Source: Eledone cirrhosa (lineage: Eukaryota). Taken from it: a stretch of DNA of 64,000 nucleotides. How positions within the stretch are numbered: the first letter of the stretch is position 1; each line of letters opens with the position of its first letter. The stretch lies in assembly GCA_964016885.1 (NCBI GenBank), contig OZ024754.1, positions 21,328,001 through 21,392,000 of the forward strand, read 5' to 3'. Made by a program: the position numbers and the translations under genes. The notes under the pieces were generated by a model that was not told the origin of the DNA, ran no database searches, and worked only from the letters and a program-made list of their open reading frames with translations. Shown piece after piece: positions 28,493 through 42,195 of the stretch.

Positions 28493-31110
28493 TTAAACAC
28501 AGTTTTAATAAATTGTCTAGCTGTTAAGTATATACTATATTAACTACAGTTTTAATAAATTGTCTAAATGTTAAGTATATACTATATTAATTACAGTTTT
28601 AATAAATTGTCTAGATGTTAAGTATATACTATATTAACTACATTTTTAATAAATTGTCTAGATGTTAAGTATATACTATATTAACTACAGTTTTAATAAA
28701 TTATCTAGATGTTAAGTATATACTATATTAACTAGTTTTAATAAATTGTCTAGATGTTAAGTATATACTATATTAACTACAGTTTTAATAAATTGTCTCG
28801 ATGTTAAGTATATACTATATTAACTACAGTTTTAATAAATTGTCTAGATGTTAAGTATATACTATATTAACTACAGTTTTAATAAATTGTCTAGATGTTA
28901 AGTATATACTATATTAACTAGTTTTAATAAATTGTCTAGATGTTAAGTATATACTATATTAACTACAGTTTTAATAAATTGTCTAGATGTTAAGTATATA
29001 CTATATTAACTACAGTTTTAATAAATTGTCTAGATGTTAAGTATATACTATATTAACTACAGTTTTAATAAATTATCTAGATGTTAAGTATATACTATAT
29101 TAACTACAGTTTTAATAAATTGTCTAGATGTTAAGTATATACTATATTAACTACAGTTTTAATAAATTATCTAGATGTTAAGTATATACTATATTAACTA
29201 CAGTTTTAATAAATTGTCTAGATGTTAAGTATATCCTATATTAACTAGTTTTAATAAATTGTCTAGATGTTAAGTATATACTCTATTAACCACAGTTTTA
29301 ATAAATTGTCTAGATGTTAAGTATATACTATATTAACTACAGTTTTAATAAATTGTCTAAATGTTAAGTATATACTATATTAACTACAGTTTAAATAAAT
29401 TGTCTAGATGTTAAGTATATACTATATTAACTACAGTTTTAATAAATTGTCTAGATGTTAAGTATATACTATATTAACTCCAGTTTTAATAAATTGTCTA
29501 GATGTTAAGTATATACTATATTAACTACAGTTTTAATAAATTGTCTAGATGTTAAGTATATACTATATTAACTACAGTTTTAATAAATTGTCTTGATGTT
29601 AAGTATATACTATATTAACTACAGTTTTAATAAATTGTCTAGATGTTAAGTATATACTATATTAACTACAGTTTTAATAAATTGTCTAGATGTTAAGTAT
29701 ATACTATATTAACTACAGTTTTAATAAATTGTCTTGATGTTAAGTATATACTATATTAACTACAGTTTTAATAAATTGTCTAGATGTTAAGTATATACTA
29801 TATTAACTACAGTTTTAATAAATTGTCTAAATGTTAAGTATATACTATATTAATTACAGTTTTAATAAATTGTCTAGATGTTAAGTATATACTATATTAA
29901 CTACATTTTTAATAAATTGTCTAGATGTTAAGTATATACTATATTAACTACAGTTTTAATAAATTATCTAGATGTTAAGTATATACTATATTAACTAGTT
30001 TTAATAAATTGTCTAGATGTTAAGTATATACTATATTAACTACAGTTTTAATAAATTGTCTCGATGTTAAGTATATACTATATTAACTACAGTTTTAATA
30101 AATTGTCTAGATGTTAAGTATATACTATATTAACTACAGTTTTAATAAATTGTCTAGATGTTAAGTATATACTATATTAACTAGTTTTAATAAATTGTCT
30201 AGATGTTAAGTATATACTATATTAACTACAGTTTTAATAAATTGTCTAGATGTTAAGTATATACTATATTAACTACAGTTTTAATAAATTGTCTAGATGT
30301 TAAGTATATACTATATTAACTACAGTTTTAATAAATTATCTAGATGTTAAGTATATACTATATTAATTACAGTTTTAATAAATTGTCTAGATGTTAAGTA
30401 TATACTATATTAACTACAGTTTTAATAAATTATCTAGATGTTAAGTATATACTATATTAACTACAGTTTTAATAAATTGTCTAGATGTTAAGTATATCCT
30501 ATATTAACTAGTTTTAATAAATTGTCTAGATGTTAAGTATATACTCTATTAACCACAGTTTTAATAAATTGTCTAGATGTTAAGTATATACTATATTAAC
30601 TACAGTTTTAATAAATTGTCTAAATGTTAAGTATATACTATATTAACTACAGTTTAAATAAATTGTCTAGATGTTAAGTATATACTATATTAACTACAGT
30701 TTTAATAAATTGTCTAGATGTTAAGTATATACTATATTAACTCCAGTTTTAATAAATTGTCTAGATGTTAAGTATATACTATATTAACTACAGTTTTAAT
30801 AAATTGTCTAGATGTTAAGTATATACTATATTAACTACAGTTTTAATAAATTGTCTTGATGTTAAGTATATACTATATTAACTACAGTTTTAATAAATTG
30901 TCTAGATGTTAAGTATATACTATATTAACTACAGTTTTAATAAATTGTCTAGATGTTAAGTATATACTATATTAACTACAGTTTTAATAAATTGTCTAGA
31001 TGTTAAGTATATACTATATTAACTACAGTTTTAATAAATTGTCTAGATGTTAAGTATATACTATATTAACTAGTTTTAATAAATTGTCTAGATGTTAAGT
31101 ATATACTATA

Positions 31111-31988
31111 CTAGCAGTAAAGCCCGGCGTTGCTCGGGGTCGCTCAGTAGCTGTGTTAAAGTTACAACGTTAAGTTTCTTTCTTGGCTTAAAAACTGTAG
31201 TGTCTTCTGTGCAGACTTGCATGTGGTGTTTTTGATTAATATTCCCTCAAACAACAATATGCCTTATGAAGTTAAGAAAACATAACAATAACCCGAATGT
31301 TATAACAAAAGAGGATGCTGGGGATAGAAACTGCACTGGTTATTTATTAACAAAGATCGAAAATGTAAACACTGCAACGCAGAGAAAAACATTAACGTAA
31401 CCAAATTATCAGTTATGTCTGTCTGCACGCCTATATCACCTCTCTGCACGACTGTCTGTCTGCACGCCTATATCACCTCTCTGCACGACTGTCTGTCTGC
31501 ACGCGTATATCACCTCTCTGCACGACTGTCTGTCTGCACGACTGTCTGTCTGCACGCCTAACGACGAAATATTTGCTTGTTTTACGTAGTCTTTAAATAG
31601 ACTTGTTTTCAAGTAAAAATATTGTTTTAAAATGCTTTTAAATGGAAATGAAGCAAAACGGAAGCTTAGTGTTCGAACTGATGAATTTTGCAGGTCAATA
31701 TTTTGCTGGCTCGACAACTGTTAAAGCCAGCGTAATTTTTTACGTAAGACGCTCAATGTAAACAGAACAAAGGGAAATAACTGATAACTTACGCTCAAAA
31801 ATCGATACATTATATTCGATTTCGTCACATAGGGTGGGTGAATTTGAAATATTTTTTTTTCCGATGTCTTCGCTAGGGCTCAATGTACAAGTATAGCAAT
31901 TTCGGTGCAATTCCGTGAGAGATTCTAAGAGGAGATGTGTGCCACAAATCGATAGACAGACAGACAACCACAGTTTTATATATATAGA
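31111..31988 (-). mobile_element. Non-autonomous Helitron, copy 12 (A)
   Basis: Same termini and site. Confidence 0.9.
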
Positions 31989-33294
31989 TTAAACACAGTT
32001 TTAATAAATTGTCTAGCTGTTAAGTATATACTATATTAACTACAGTTTTAATAAATTGTCTAAATGTTAAGTATATACTATATTAATTACAGTTTTAATA
32101 AATTGTCTAGATGTTAAGTATATACTATATTAACTACATTTTTAATAAATTGTCTAGATGTTAAGTATATACTATATTAACTACAGTTTTAATAAATTAT
32201 CTAGATGTTAAGTATATACTATATTAACTAGTTTTAATAAATTGTCTAGATGTTAAGTATATACTATATTAACTAGTTTTAATGAATTGTCTAGATATTA
32301 AGTATATACTATATTAACTACAATTTTAATAAATTGTCTAGATGTTAAGTATATACTATATTAACTACAGTTTTAATAAATTGTCTAGATGTTAAGTATA
32401 TACTATATTAACTACAGTTTTAATAAATTGTCTAGATGTTAAGTATATACTATATTAACTAGTTTTAATAAATTGTCTAGATGTTAAGTATATACTATAT
32501 TAACTACAGTTTTAATAAATTGTCTAGATGTTAAGTATATACTATATTAACTACAGTTTTAATAAATTGTCTAATTGTTAAGTATATACTATATTAACTA
32601 CAGTTTAAATAAATTATCTAGATGTTCAGTATATACTATATTAACTACAGTTTTAATAAATTGTCTAGATGTTAAGTATATACTATATTAACTCCAGTTT
32701 TAATAAATTGTCTAGATGTTAAGTATATACTATATTAACTACAGTTTTAATAAATTGTCTAGATGTTAAGTATATACTATATTAACTAGTTTTAATAAAT
32801 TGTCTAGATGTTAAGTATATACTCTATTAACCACAGTTTTAATAAATTGTCTAGATGTTAAGTATATACTATATTAACTACAGTTTTAATAAATTGTCTA
32901 AATGTTAAGTATATACTATATTAACTACAGTTTAAATAAATTGTCTAGATGTTAAGTATATACTATATTAACTACAGTTTTAATAAATTGTCTAGATGTT
33001 AAGTATATACTATATTAACTACAGTTTTAATAAATTGTCTAGATGTTAAGTATATACTATATTAACTACAGTTTTAATAAATTGTCTAGATGTTAAGTAT
33101 ATACTATATTAACTACAGTTTTAATAAATTGTCTAGATGTTAAGTATATACTATATTAACTACAGTTTTAATAAATTGTCTAGATGTTAAGTATATACTA
33201 TATTAACTACAGTTTTAATAAATTGTCTAGATGTTAAGTATATACTATATTAACTAGTTTTAATAAATTGTCTAGATGTTAAGTATATACTATA

Positions 33295-34155
33295 CTAGCA
33301 GTAAAGCCCGGCGTTGCTCAGGGTCGCTCAGTAGCTGTGTTAAAGTTACAATGTTAAGTTTCTTTCTTGGCTTAAAAACTATAGTGTCTACTGTGCAGAC
33401 TTGCAGGTGGTGTTTTTGATTAATATTCCCTCAACCAACAATATGCCTTATGAAGTTAAGAAAACATAACGATAACCCGAATGTTATAACAAAAGAGGAT
33501 GCTGGGGATAGAAACTGCACTGGTTATTTATTAACAAAGATCGAAAATGTAAACACTGCAACGCAGAGAAAAACATTAACGTAACCAAATTATCAGTTAT
33601 GTCTGTCTGCACGCCTATATCACCTCTCTGCACGACTGTCTGTCTGCACGCCTATATCACCTCTCTGCACGACTGTCTGTCTGCACGCGTATATCACCTC
33701 TCTGCACGACTGTCTGTCTGCACGCCTAACGACGAAATATTTGCTTGTTTTACGTAGTCTTTAAATAGACTTGTTTTCAAGTAAAAATATTGTTTTAAGA
33801 TGCTTTTAAATGGAAATGAAGCAAAACGGAAGCTTAGTGTTCGAACTGATGAATTTTGGAGGTCAATATTTTGCTGGCTCGACAACTGTTAAAGCCAGCG
33901 TAATTTTTTACGTAAGACGCTCAATGTAAACAGAACAAAGGGAAATAACTGATAACTTACGCTCAAAAATCGATACATTATATTCGATTTCGTCACATAG
34001 GGTGGGTCAATTTGAAATTTTTTTTTTCCGATTTCTTCGCTAGGGCTCAATGTACAAGTATAGCAATTTCGGTGCAATTCCGTGAGAGATTCTAAGAGGA
34101 GATGTGTGCCAAAAATCGATAGACAGACAGACAACCACAGTTTTATATATATAGA
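33295..34155 (-). mobile_element. Non-autonomous Helitron, copy 13 (subtype B)
   Basis: Same termini. B markers GCTCAGGG, TTAAGATG, TTGGAGG and GGGTCAAT; right flank TTAACTAGTT. Confidence 0.9.
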
Positions 34156-34948
34156 TTAACTAGTTTTAATAAATTGTCTAGATGTTAAGTATATACTATA
34201 TTAACTACAGTTTTAATAAATTGTCTAGATGTTAAGTATATACTATATTAACTACAGTTTTAATAAATTATCTAGACGTTAAGTATATACTATATTAACT
34301 ACAGTTTTAATAAATTGTCTAGATGTTAAGTATATCCTATATTAACTAGTTTTAATAAATTGTCTAGATGTTAAGTATATACTCTATTAACCACAGTTTT
34401 AATAAATTGTCTAGATGTTAAGTATATACTATATTAACTACAGTTTTAATAAATTGTCTAAATGTTAAGTATATACTATATTAACTACAGTTTAAATAAA
34501 TTGTCTAGATGTTAAGTATATACTATATTAACTACAGTTTTAATAAATTGTCTAGATGTTAAGTATATACTATATTAACTCCAGTTTTAATAAATTGTCT
34601 AGATGTTAAGTATATACTATATTAACTACAGTTTTAATAAATTGTCTAGATGTTAAGTATATACTATATTAACTACAGTTTTAATAAATTGTCTTGATGT
34701 TAAGTATATACTATATTAACTACAGTTTTAATAAATTGTCTAGATGTTAAGTATATACTATATTAACTACAGTTTTAATAAATTGTCTAGATGTTAAGTA
34801 TATACTATATTAACTACAGTTTTAATAAATTGTCTAGATGTTAAGTATATACTATATTAACTACAGTTTTAATAAATTGTCTAGATGTTAAGTATATACT
34901 ATATTAACTAGTTTTAATAAATTGTCTAGATGTTAAGTATATACTATA

Positions 34949-35826
34949 CTAGCAGTAAAGCCCGGCGTTGCTCGGGGTCGCTCAGTAGCTGTGTTAAAGT
35001 TACAACGTTAAGTTTCTTTCTTGGCTTAAAAACTGTAGTGTCTTCTGTGCAGACTTGCATGTGGTGTTTTTGATTAATATTCCCTCAAACAACAATATGC
35101 CTTATGAAGTTAAGAAAACATAACAATAACCCGAATGTTATAACAAAAGAGGATGCTGGGGATAGAAACTGCACTGGTTATTTATTAACAAAGATCGAAA
35201 ATGTAAACACTGCAACGCAGAGAAAAACATTAACGTAACCAAATTATCAGTTATGTCTGTCTGCACGCCTATATCACCTCTCTGCACGACTGTCTGTCTG
35301 CACGCCTATATCACCTCTCTGCACGACTGTCTGTCTGCACGCGTATATCACCTCTCTGCACGACTGTCTGTCTGCACGACTGTCTGTCTGCACGCCTAAC
35401 GACGAAATATTTGCTTGTTTTACGTAGTCTTTAAATAGACTTGTTTTCAAGTAAAAATATTGTTTTAAAATGCTTTTAAATGGAAATGAAGCAAAACGGA
35501 AGCTTAGTGTTCGAACTGATGAATTTTGCAGGTCAATATTTTGCTGGCTCGACAACTGTTAAAGCCAGCGTAATTTTTTACGTAAGACGCTCAATGTAAA
35601 CAGAACAAAGGGAAATAACTGATAACTTACGCTCAAAAATCGATACATTATATTCGATTTCGTCACATAGGGTGGGTGAATTTGAAATATTTTTTTTTCC
35701 GATGTCTTCGCTAGGGCTCAATGTACAAGTATAGCAATTTCGGTGCAATTCCGTGAGAGATTCTAAGAGGAGATGTGTGCCACAAATCGATAGACAGACA
35801 GACAACCACAGTTTTATATATATAGA
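34949..35826 (-). mobile_element. Non-autonomous Helitron, copy 14 (A)
   Basis: Same termini; shares the ACAACGT variant with copy 12. Confidence 0.9.
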
Positions 35827-37132
35827 TTAAACACAGTTTTAATAAATTGTCTAGCTGTTAAGTATATACTATATTAACTACAGTTTTAATAAATTGTCTA
35901 AATGTTAAGTATATACTATATTAATTACAGTTTTAATAAATTGTCTAGATGTTAAGTATATACTATATTAACTACATTTTTAATAAATTGTCTAGATGTT
36001 AAGTATATACTATATTAACTACAGTTTTAATAAATTATCTAGATGTTAAGTATATACTATATTAACTAGTTTTAATAAATTGTCTAGATGTTAAGTATAT
36101 ACTATATTAACTAGTTTTAATGAATTGTCTAGATATTAAGTATATACTATATTAACTACAATTTTAATAAATTGTCTAGATGTTAAGTATATACTATATT
36201 AACTACAGTTTTAATAAATTGTCTAGATGTTAAGTATATACTATATTAACTACAGTTTTAATAAATTGTCTAGATGTTAAGTATATACTATATTAACTAG
36301 TTTTAATAAATTGTCTAGATGTTAAGTATATACTATATTAACTACAGTTTTAATAAATTGTCTAGATGTTAAGTATATACTATATTAACTACAGTTTTAA
36401 TAAATTGTCTAATTGTTAAGTATATACTATATTAACTACAGTTTAAATAAATTATCTAGATGTTCAGTATATACTATATTAACTACAGTTTTAATAAATT
36501 GTCTAGATGTTAAGTATATACTATATTAACTCCAGTTTTAATAAATTGTCTAGATGTTAAGTATATACTATATTAACTACAGTTTTAATAAATTGTCTAG
36601 ATGTTAAGTATATACTATATTAACTAGTTTTAATAAATTGTCTAGATGTTAAGTATATACTCTATTAACCACAGTTTTAATAAATTGTCTAGATGTTAAG
36701 TATATACTATATTAACTACAGTTTTAATAAATTGTCTAAATGTTAAGTATATACTATATTAACTACAGTTTAAATAAATTGTCTAGATGTTAAGTATATA
36801 CTATATTAACTACAGTTTTAATAAATTGTCTAGATGTTAAGTATATACTATATTAACTACAGTTTTAATAAATTGTCTAGATGTTAAGTATATACTATAT
36901 TAACTACAGTTTTAATAAATTGTCTAGATGTTAAGTATATACTATATTAACTACAGTTTTAATAAATTGTCTAGATGTTAAGTATATACTATATTAACTA
37001 CAGTTTTAATAAATTGTCTAGATGTTAAGTATATACTATATTAACTACAGTTTTAATAAATTGTCTAGATGTTAAGTATATACTATATTAACTAGTTTTA
37101 ATAAATTGTCTAGATGTTAAGTATATACTATA

Positions 37133-38009
37133 CTAGCAGTAAAGCCCGGCGTTGCTCAGGGTCGCTCAGTAGCTGTGTTAAAGTTACAATGTTAAGTTTC
37201 TTTCTTGGCTTAAAAACTATAGTGTCTACTGTGCAGACTTGCAGGTGGTGTTTTTGATTAATATTCCCTCAACCAACAATATGCCTTATGAAGTTAAGAA
37301 AACATAACGATAACCCGAATGTTATAACAAAAGAGGATGCTGGGGATAGAAACTGCACTGGTTATTTATTAACAAAGATCGAAAATGTAAACACTGCAAC
37401 GCAGAGAAAAGCATTAACGTAACCAAATTATCAGTTATGTCTGTCTGCACGCCTATATCACCTCTCTGCACGACTGTCTGTCTGCACGCCTATATCACCT
37501 CTCTGCACGACTGTCTGTCTGCACGCGTATATCACCTCTCTGCACGACTGTCTGTCTGCACGACTGTCTGTCTGCACGCCTAACGACGAAATATTTGCTT
37601 GTTTTACGTAGTCTTTAAATAGACTTGTTTTCAAGTAAAAATATTGTTTTAAGATGCTTTTAAATGGAAATGAAGCAAAACGGAAGCTTAGTGTTCGAAC
37701 TGATGAATTTTGGAGGTCAATATTTTGCTGGCTCGACAACTGTTAAAGCCAGCGTAATTTTTTACGTAAGACGCTCAATGTAAACAGAACAAAGGGAAAT
37801 AACTGATAACTTACGCTCAAAAATCGATACATTATATTCGATTTCGTCACATAGGGTGGGTCAATTTGAAATTTTTTTTTTCCGATTTCTTCGCTAGGGC
37901 TCAATGTACAAGTATAGCAATTTCGGTGCAATTCCGTGAGAGATTCTAAGAGGAGATGTGTGCCAAAAATCGATAGACAGACAGACAACCACAGTTTTAT
38001 ATATATAGA
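37133..38009 (-). mobile_element. Non-autonomous Helitron, copy 15 (B)
   Basis: Same termini; B markers. Confidence 0.9.
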
Positions 38010-40567
38010 TTAACTAGTTTTAATAAATTGTCTAGATGTTAAGTATATACTATATTAACTACAGTTTTAATAAATTGTCTAGATGTTAAGTATATACTAT
38101 ATTAACTACAGTTTTAATAAATTATCTAGATGTTAAGTATATACTATATTAACTACAGTTTTAATAAATTGTCTAGATGTTAAGTATATCCTATATTAAC
38201 TAGTTTTAATAAATTGTCTAGATGTTAAGTATATACTCTATTAACCACAGTTTTAATAAATTGTCTAGATATTAAGTATATACTATATTAACTACAGTTT
38301 TAATAAATTGTCTAAATGTTAAGTATATACTATATTAACTACAGTTTTAATAAATTGTCTAGATGTTAAGTATATACTATATTAACTACAGTTTTAATAA
38401 ATTGTCTAGATGTTAAGTATATACTATATTAACTACAGTTTTAATAAATTGTCTAGATGTTAAGTATATACTATATTAACTACAGTTTTAATAAATTGTC
38501 TAGATGTTAAGTATATACTATATTAACTAGTTTTAATAAATTGTCTAGATGTTAAGTATATACTCTATTAACCACAGTTTTAATAAATTGTCTAGATGTT
38601 AAGTATATACTATATTAACTACAGTTTTAATAAATTGTCTAAATGTTAAGTATATACTATATTAACTACAGTTTAAATAAATTGTCTAGATGTTAAGTAT
38701 ATACTATATTAACTACAGTTTTAATAAATTGTCTAGATGTTAAGTATATACTATATTAACTACAGTTTTAATAAATTGTCTAGATGTTAAGTATATACTA
38801 TATTAACTACAGTTTTAATAAATTGTCTAAATGTTAAGTATATACTATATTAACTACAGTTTAAATAAATTGTCTAGATGTTAAGTATATACTATATTAA
38901 CTACAGTTTTAATAAATTGTCTAGATGTTAAGTATATACTATATTAACTCCAGTTTTAATAAATTGTCTAGATGTTAAGTATATACTATATTAACTACAG
39001 TTTTAATAAATTGTCTAGATGTTAAGTATATACTATATTAACTTCAGTTTTAATAAATTGTCTAGATGTTAAGTATATACTATATTAACTAGTTTTAATA
39101 AATTGTCTAGATGTTAAGTATATACTATATTAACTACGGTTTTAATAGATTGTCTAGATGTTAAATATATACTATATTAACTACAGTTTTAATAAATTGC
39201 CTAAATGTTAGGTATATACTATATTAACTACAGTTTAAATAAATTGTCTAGATGTTAAGTATATACTATATTAACTACAGTTTTAATAAATTGTCTAGAT
39301 GTTAAGTATATACTATATTAACTACAGTTTTAATAAATTGTCTAGATGTTAAGTATATACTATATTAACTACAGTTTTAATAAATTGTCTAGATGTTCAG
39401 TATATACTATATTAACTACAGTTTTAATAAATTGTCTAGATGTTAAGTATATACTATATTAACTACAGTTTTAATAAATTGTCTAGATGTTAAGTATATA
39501 CTATATTAACTACAGTTTTAATAAATTGTCTAGATGTTAAGTATATACTATATTAACTACAGTTTTAATAAATTGTCTAGATGTTAAGTATATACTATAT
39601 TAACTAGTTTTAATAAATTGTCTAGATGTTGAGTATATACTCTATTAACCACAGTTTTAATAAATTGTCTAGATGTTAAGTATATACTATATTAACTAGT
39701 TTTAATAAATTGTCTAGATGTTAAGTAAATACTATATTAACTACAGTTTTAATAAATTGTCTAGATGTTAAGTATATACTATATTAACTTCAGTTTTAAT
39801 AAATTGTCTAGATGTTAAGTATATACTATATTAACTAGTTTTAATAAATTGTCTAGATGTTAAGTATATACTATATTAACTACGGTTTTAATAGATTGTC
39901 TAGATGTTAAATATATACTATATTAACTACAGTTTTAATAAATTGCCTAAATGTTAGGTATATACTATATTAACTACAGTTTAAATAAATTGTCTAGATG
40001 TTAAGTATATACTATATTAACTACAGTTTTAATAAATTGTCTAGATGTTAAGTATATACTATATTAACTACAGTTTTAATAAATTGTCTAGATGTTAAGT
40101 ATATACTATATTAACTACAGTTTTAATAAATTGTCTAGATGTTCAGTATATACTATATTAACTACAGTTTTAATAAATTGTCTAGATGTTAAGTATATAC
40201 TATATTAACTACAGTTTTAATAAATTGTCTAGATGTTAAGTATATACTATATTAACTACAGTTTTAATAAATTGTCTAGATGTTAAGTATATACTATATT
40301 AACTACAGTTTTAATAAATTGTCTAGATGTTAAGTATATACTATATTAACTAGTTTTAATAAATTGTCTAGATGTTGAGTATATACTCTATTAACCACAG
40401 TTTTAATAAATTGTCTAGATGTTAAGTATATACTATATTAACTAGTTTTAATAAATTGTCTAGATGTTAAGTAAATACTATATTAACTACAGTTTTAATA
40501 AATTGTCTAAATGTTAAGTATATACTATATTAACTACAGTTTAAATAAATTGTCTAGATGTTAAGTA

Positions 40568-40934
40568 TATAGCGGAGATTACTGGTTATATGAATGTAAC
40601 AAAACGAGACAATGTTTGTGTATATAATATTTAATTAACGGTAGATAGAATACTTGACATGTCAAAGATAGATGTTAGAATGAAACAAAGTTAGTAGTTA
40701 CCGTTTTGATTGCCAGGCAAATGCGGCTGGCAGAGGGCGCCTGGCTAAGGCCAGGCGCCTGTTGGCCAAATTAATGGCAGAGCCAAATGAGAAGACTCTT
40801 GACCTGGTGCCGAAAAGGCAAAGAGAGAGAGGAAGCTTAAAGTTGTTAGTTTTATAGGGCTCTCACCGGAAGTTGCAGAAAGGGTTCCACTTCCCGTCTA
40901 GATCCCAATCAAAACAAGGGAGACAACCGCTACA
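40568..40934 (-). repeat. 3' LTR (367 bp)
   Basis: Appears identical by eye to 42196-42562. Confidence 0.95.
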
Positions 40935-40946
40935 TAACCTCCCGCC
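40935..40946 (-). other. Polypurine tract
   Basis: The minus strand reads GGCGGGAGGTTA immediately before TGTAGCGG of the 3' LTR. Confidence 0.8.
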
Positions 40947-41810
40947 AGAATTTTAGTGTATAAAAATCGAAATGAAAATATGTAGCAAGTTGGCGAGAAT
41001 GTTGTAACAGGCATGAAAATTACGACAAAAGAATGTTTGGAAAAATCAATGATAGATATCAAGGTAGCCAACCGCTCTTGGCCAGAGAACGACTGGACAT
41101 CCCTCTATCCATCACCCAAAGATACAATGTAATAAAGTAAAAGTAATAAAAGAGCTCAAAGTTCAAAATATAGTTCACAGGTGTGCAATCACATGACAGC
41201 GGGAAAGAAAGTGTTCCAGAGAATGAATGCAGGTGGTTTCTGTTCTGTGGTATATCGTGAAATTTCCAACCTCCGAATGGATTTTCTCACAGGAAGAGTG
41301 CTGCAAAAATAAATTCTCTGGCTTTGGTGAAGCTGTGTTGATGTATTGCTGTTGCTGTTATATTGCTGTTGCTGCTGCTGTTGTCTCGCTGAGTGAGCGT
41401 ATTCGGTGTTTAAATTCACAGTAAAAAAATTTTTTTTTAGAAAAAAATGAGTTGCGCAAAGTGCTAGAAATAGCAGCCGAAGTTGATGGTCGATGTTGAG
41501 AATGCGTTGACCTGGAAGGGTCAAGAGGCCAGCGACCAGAGAAATAAGCATTCTTAATAAATGCGCGGTTATCAACGGTAAATTTACATTGTAAATTTAT
41601 AAACCGGCAAATAGAAGAATATAGCTTAAGGCTGAAGAATCCCTGGTGATAAATGGCGTGCGGCTGTCTGTGAGAAGAGACATCTCAGTGAATCGAGAAT
41701 TTATGCTGCCTACACGTGCCAATACAAGGTTGAAAAAAAATATTTCTAACGCGCGAGAAAATGATAGTGCAATTTTGAAAGTGACAATGATGAAATGTTT
41801 TTTAAAGAAT

Positions 41811-41816
<6 letters not shown>

Positions 41817-41854
<38 letters not shown>

Positions 41855-41977
41855 GTTTTGAAAGAGTTCGTTGTAAGAAACGAGAAACATATATATATAT
41901 CGTGAAATGTTTTTTTTTTGTTTTGAAAGTGTTCGTTGTAAGAAACGAGAAACATATATATATATATTGGTGAAATG
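41817..41977. repeat. Poly-T tract (~36 nt; poly-A on the element strand) followed by a 2-copy tandem repeat of 65-bp period
   Basis: T run at 41817-41852. GTTCGTTGTAAGAAACGAGAAACATATATATAT starts at 41866 and 41931. Confidence 0.9.
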
Positions 41978-42162
41978 CGACAGTTAATTGATGCGTGAGA
42001 GAAAAAGTATGTCTGTGCGAATTCCACATGTGCGTGTGTGCGTGTCCTTGAGTATTTTCATAGTTTGTCGCTAAATTTGCTGTGTATTCGTAATGTTACT
42101 CACAAAACCAGATGTGCTATTTTTTTCTTTTTTTGGGGGGGTGACCACTTATAGCGATGAAC

Positions 42163-42194
42163 GGCTGCGTGTTCGTATCACGTCGGGGTCACCA
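42163..42194 (-). other. tRNA-Trp primer-binding site, extended to 32 nt
   Basis: The minus strand reads TGGTGACCCCGACGTGAT..., 1 nt after the 5' LTR. The plus strand GGCTGCGTGTTCGTATCACGTCGGGGTCACCA matches the 3' part of metazoan tRNA-Trp as I recall it (GG[C/T]TGCGTGTTCGAATCACGTCGGGGTCA+CCA). Confidence 0.88.
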
Positions 42195-42195
42195 A

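Noticed and set aside
1-40567. CRISPR array or prokaryotic repeat system
   Set aside because: Monomers are contiguous with no unique spacers, there are no cas genes, and the context is eukaryotic transposons.
41579-41599. Palindrome TAAATTTACA-T-TGTAAATTTA
   Set aside because: It is real but AT-rich and isolated, with no supportable function.
41189-42029. ORFs in the LTR element interior (poly-Q, poly-K, poly-F) as gag or a captured gene
   Set aside because: They are translations of microsatellite and homopolymer tracts, frames shift between copies, and I see no zinc knuckle, protease, RT or integrase motif. A highly decayed remnant cannot be excluded without a profile search.
42120-42194. 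tRNA-Trp gene or SINE head
   Set aside because: Only the 3' ~32 nt are present, with encoded CCA, abutting an LTR. There is no 5' half or A box, so it is a PBS.
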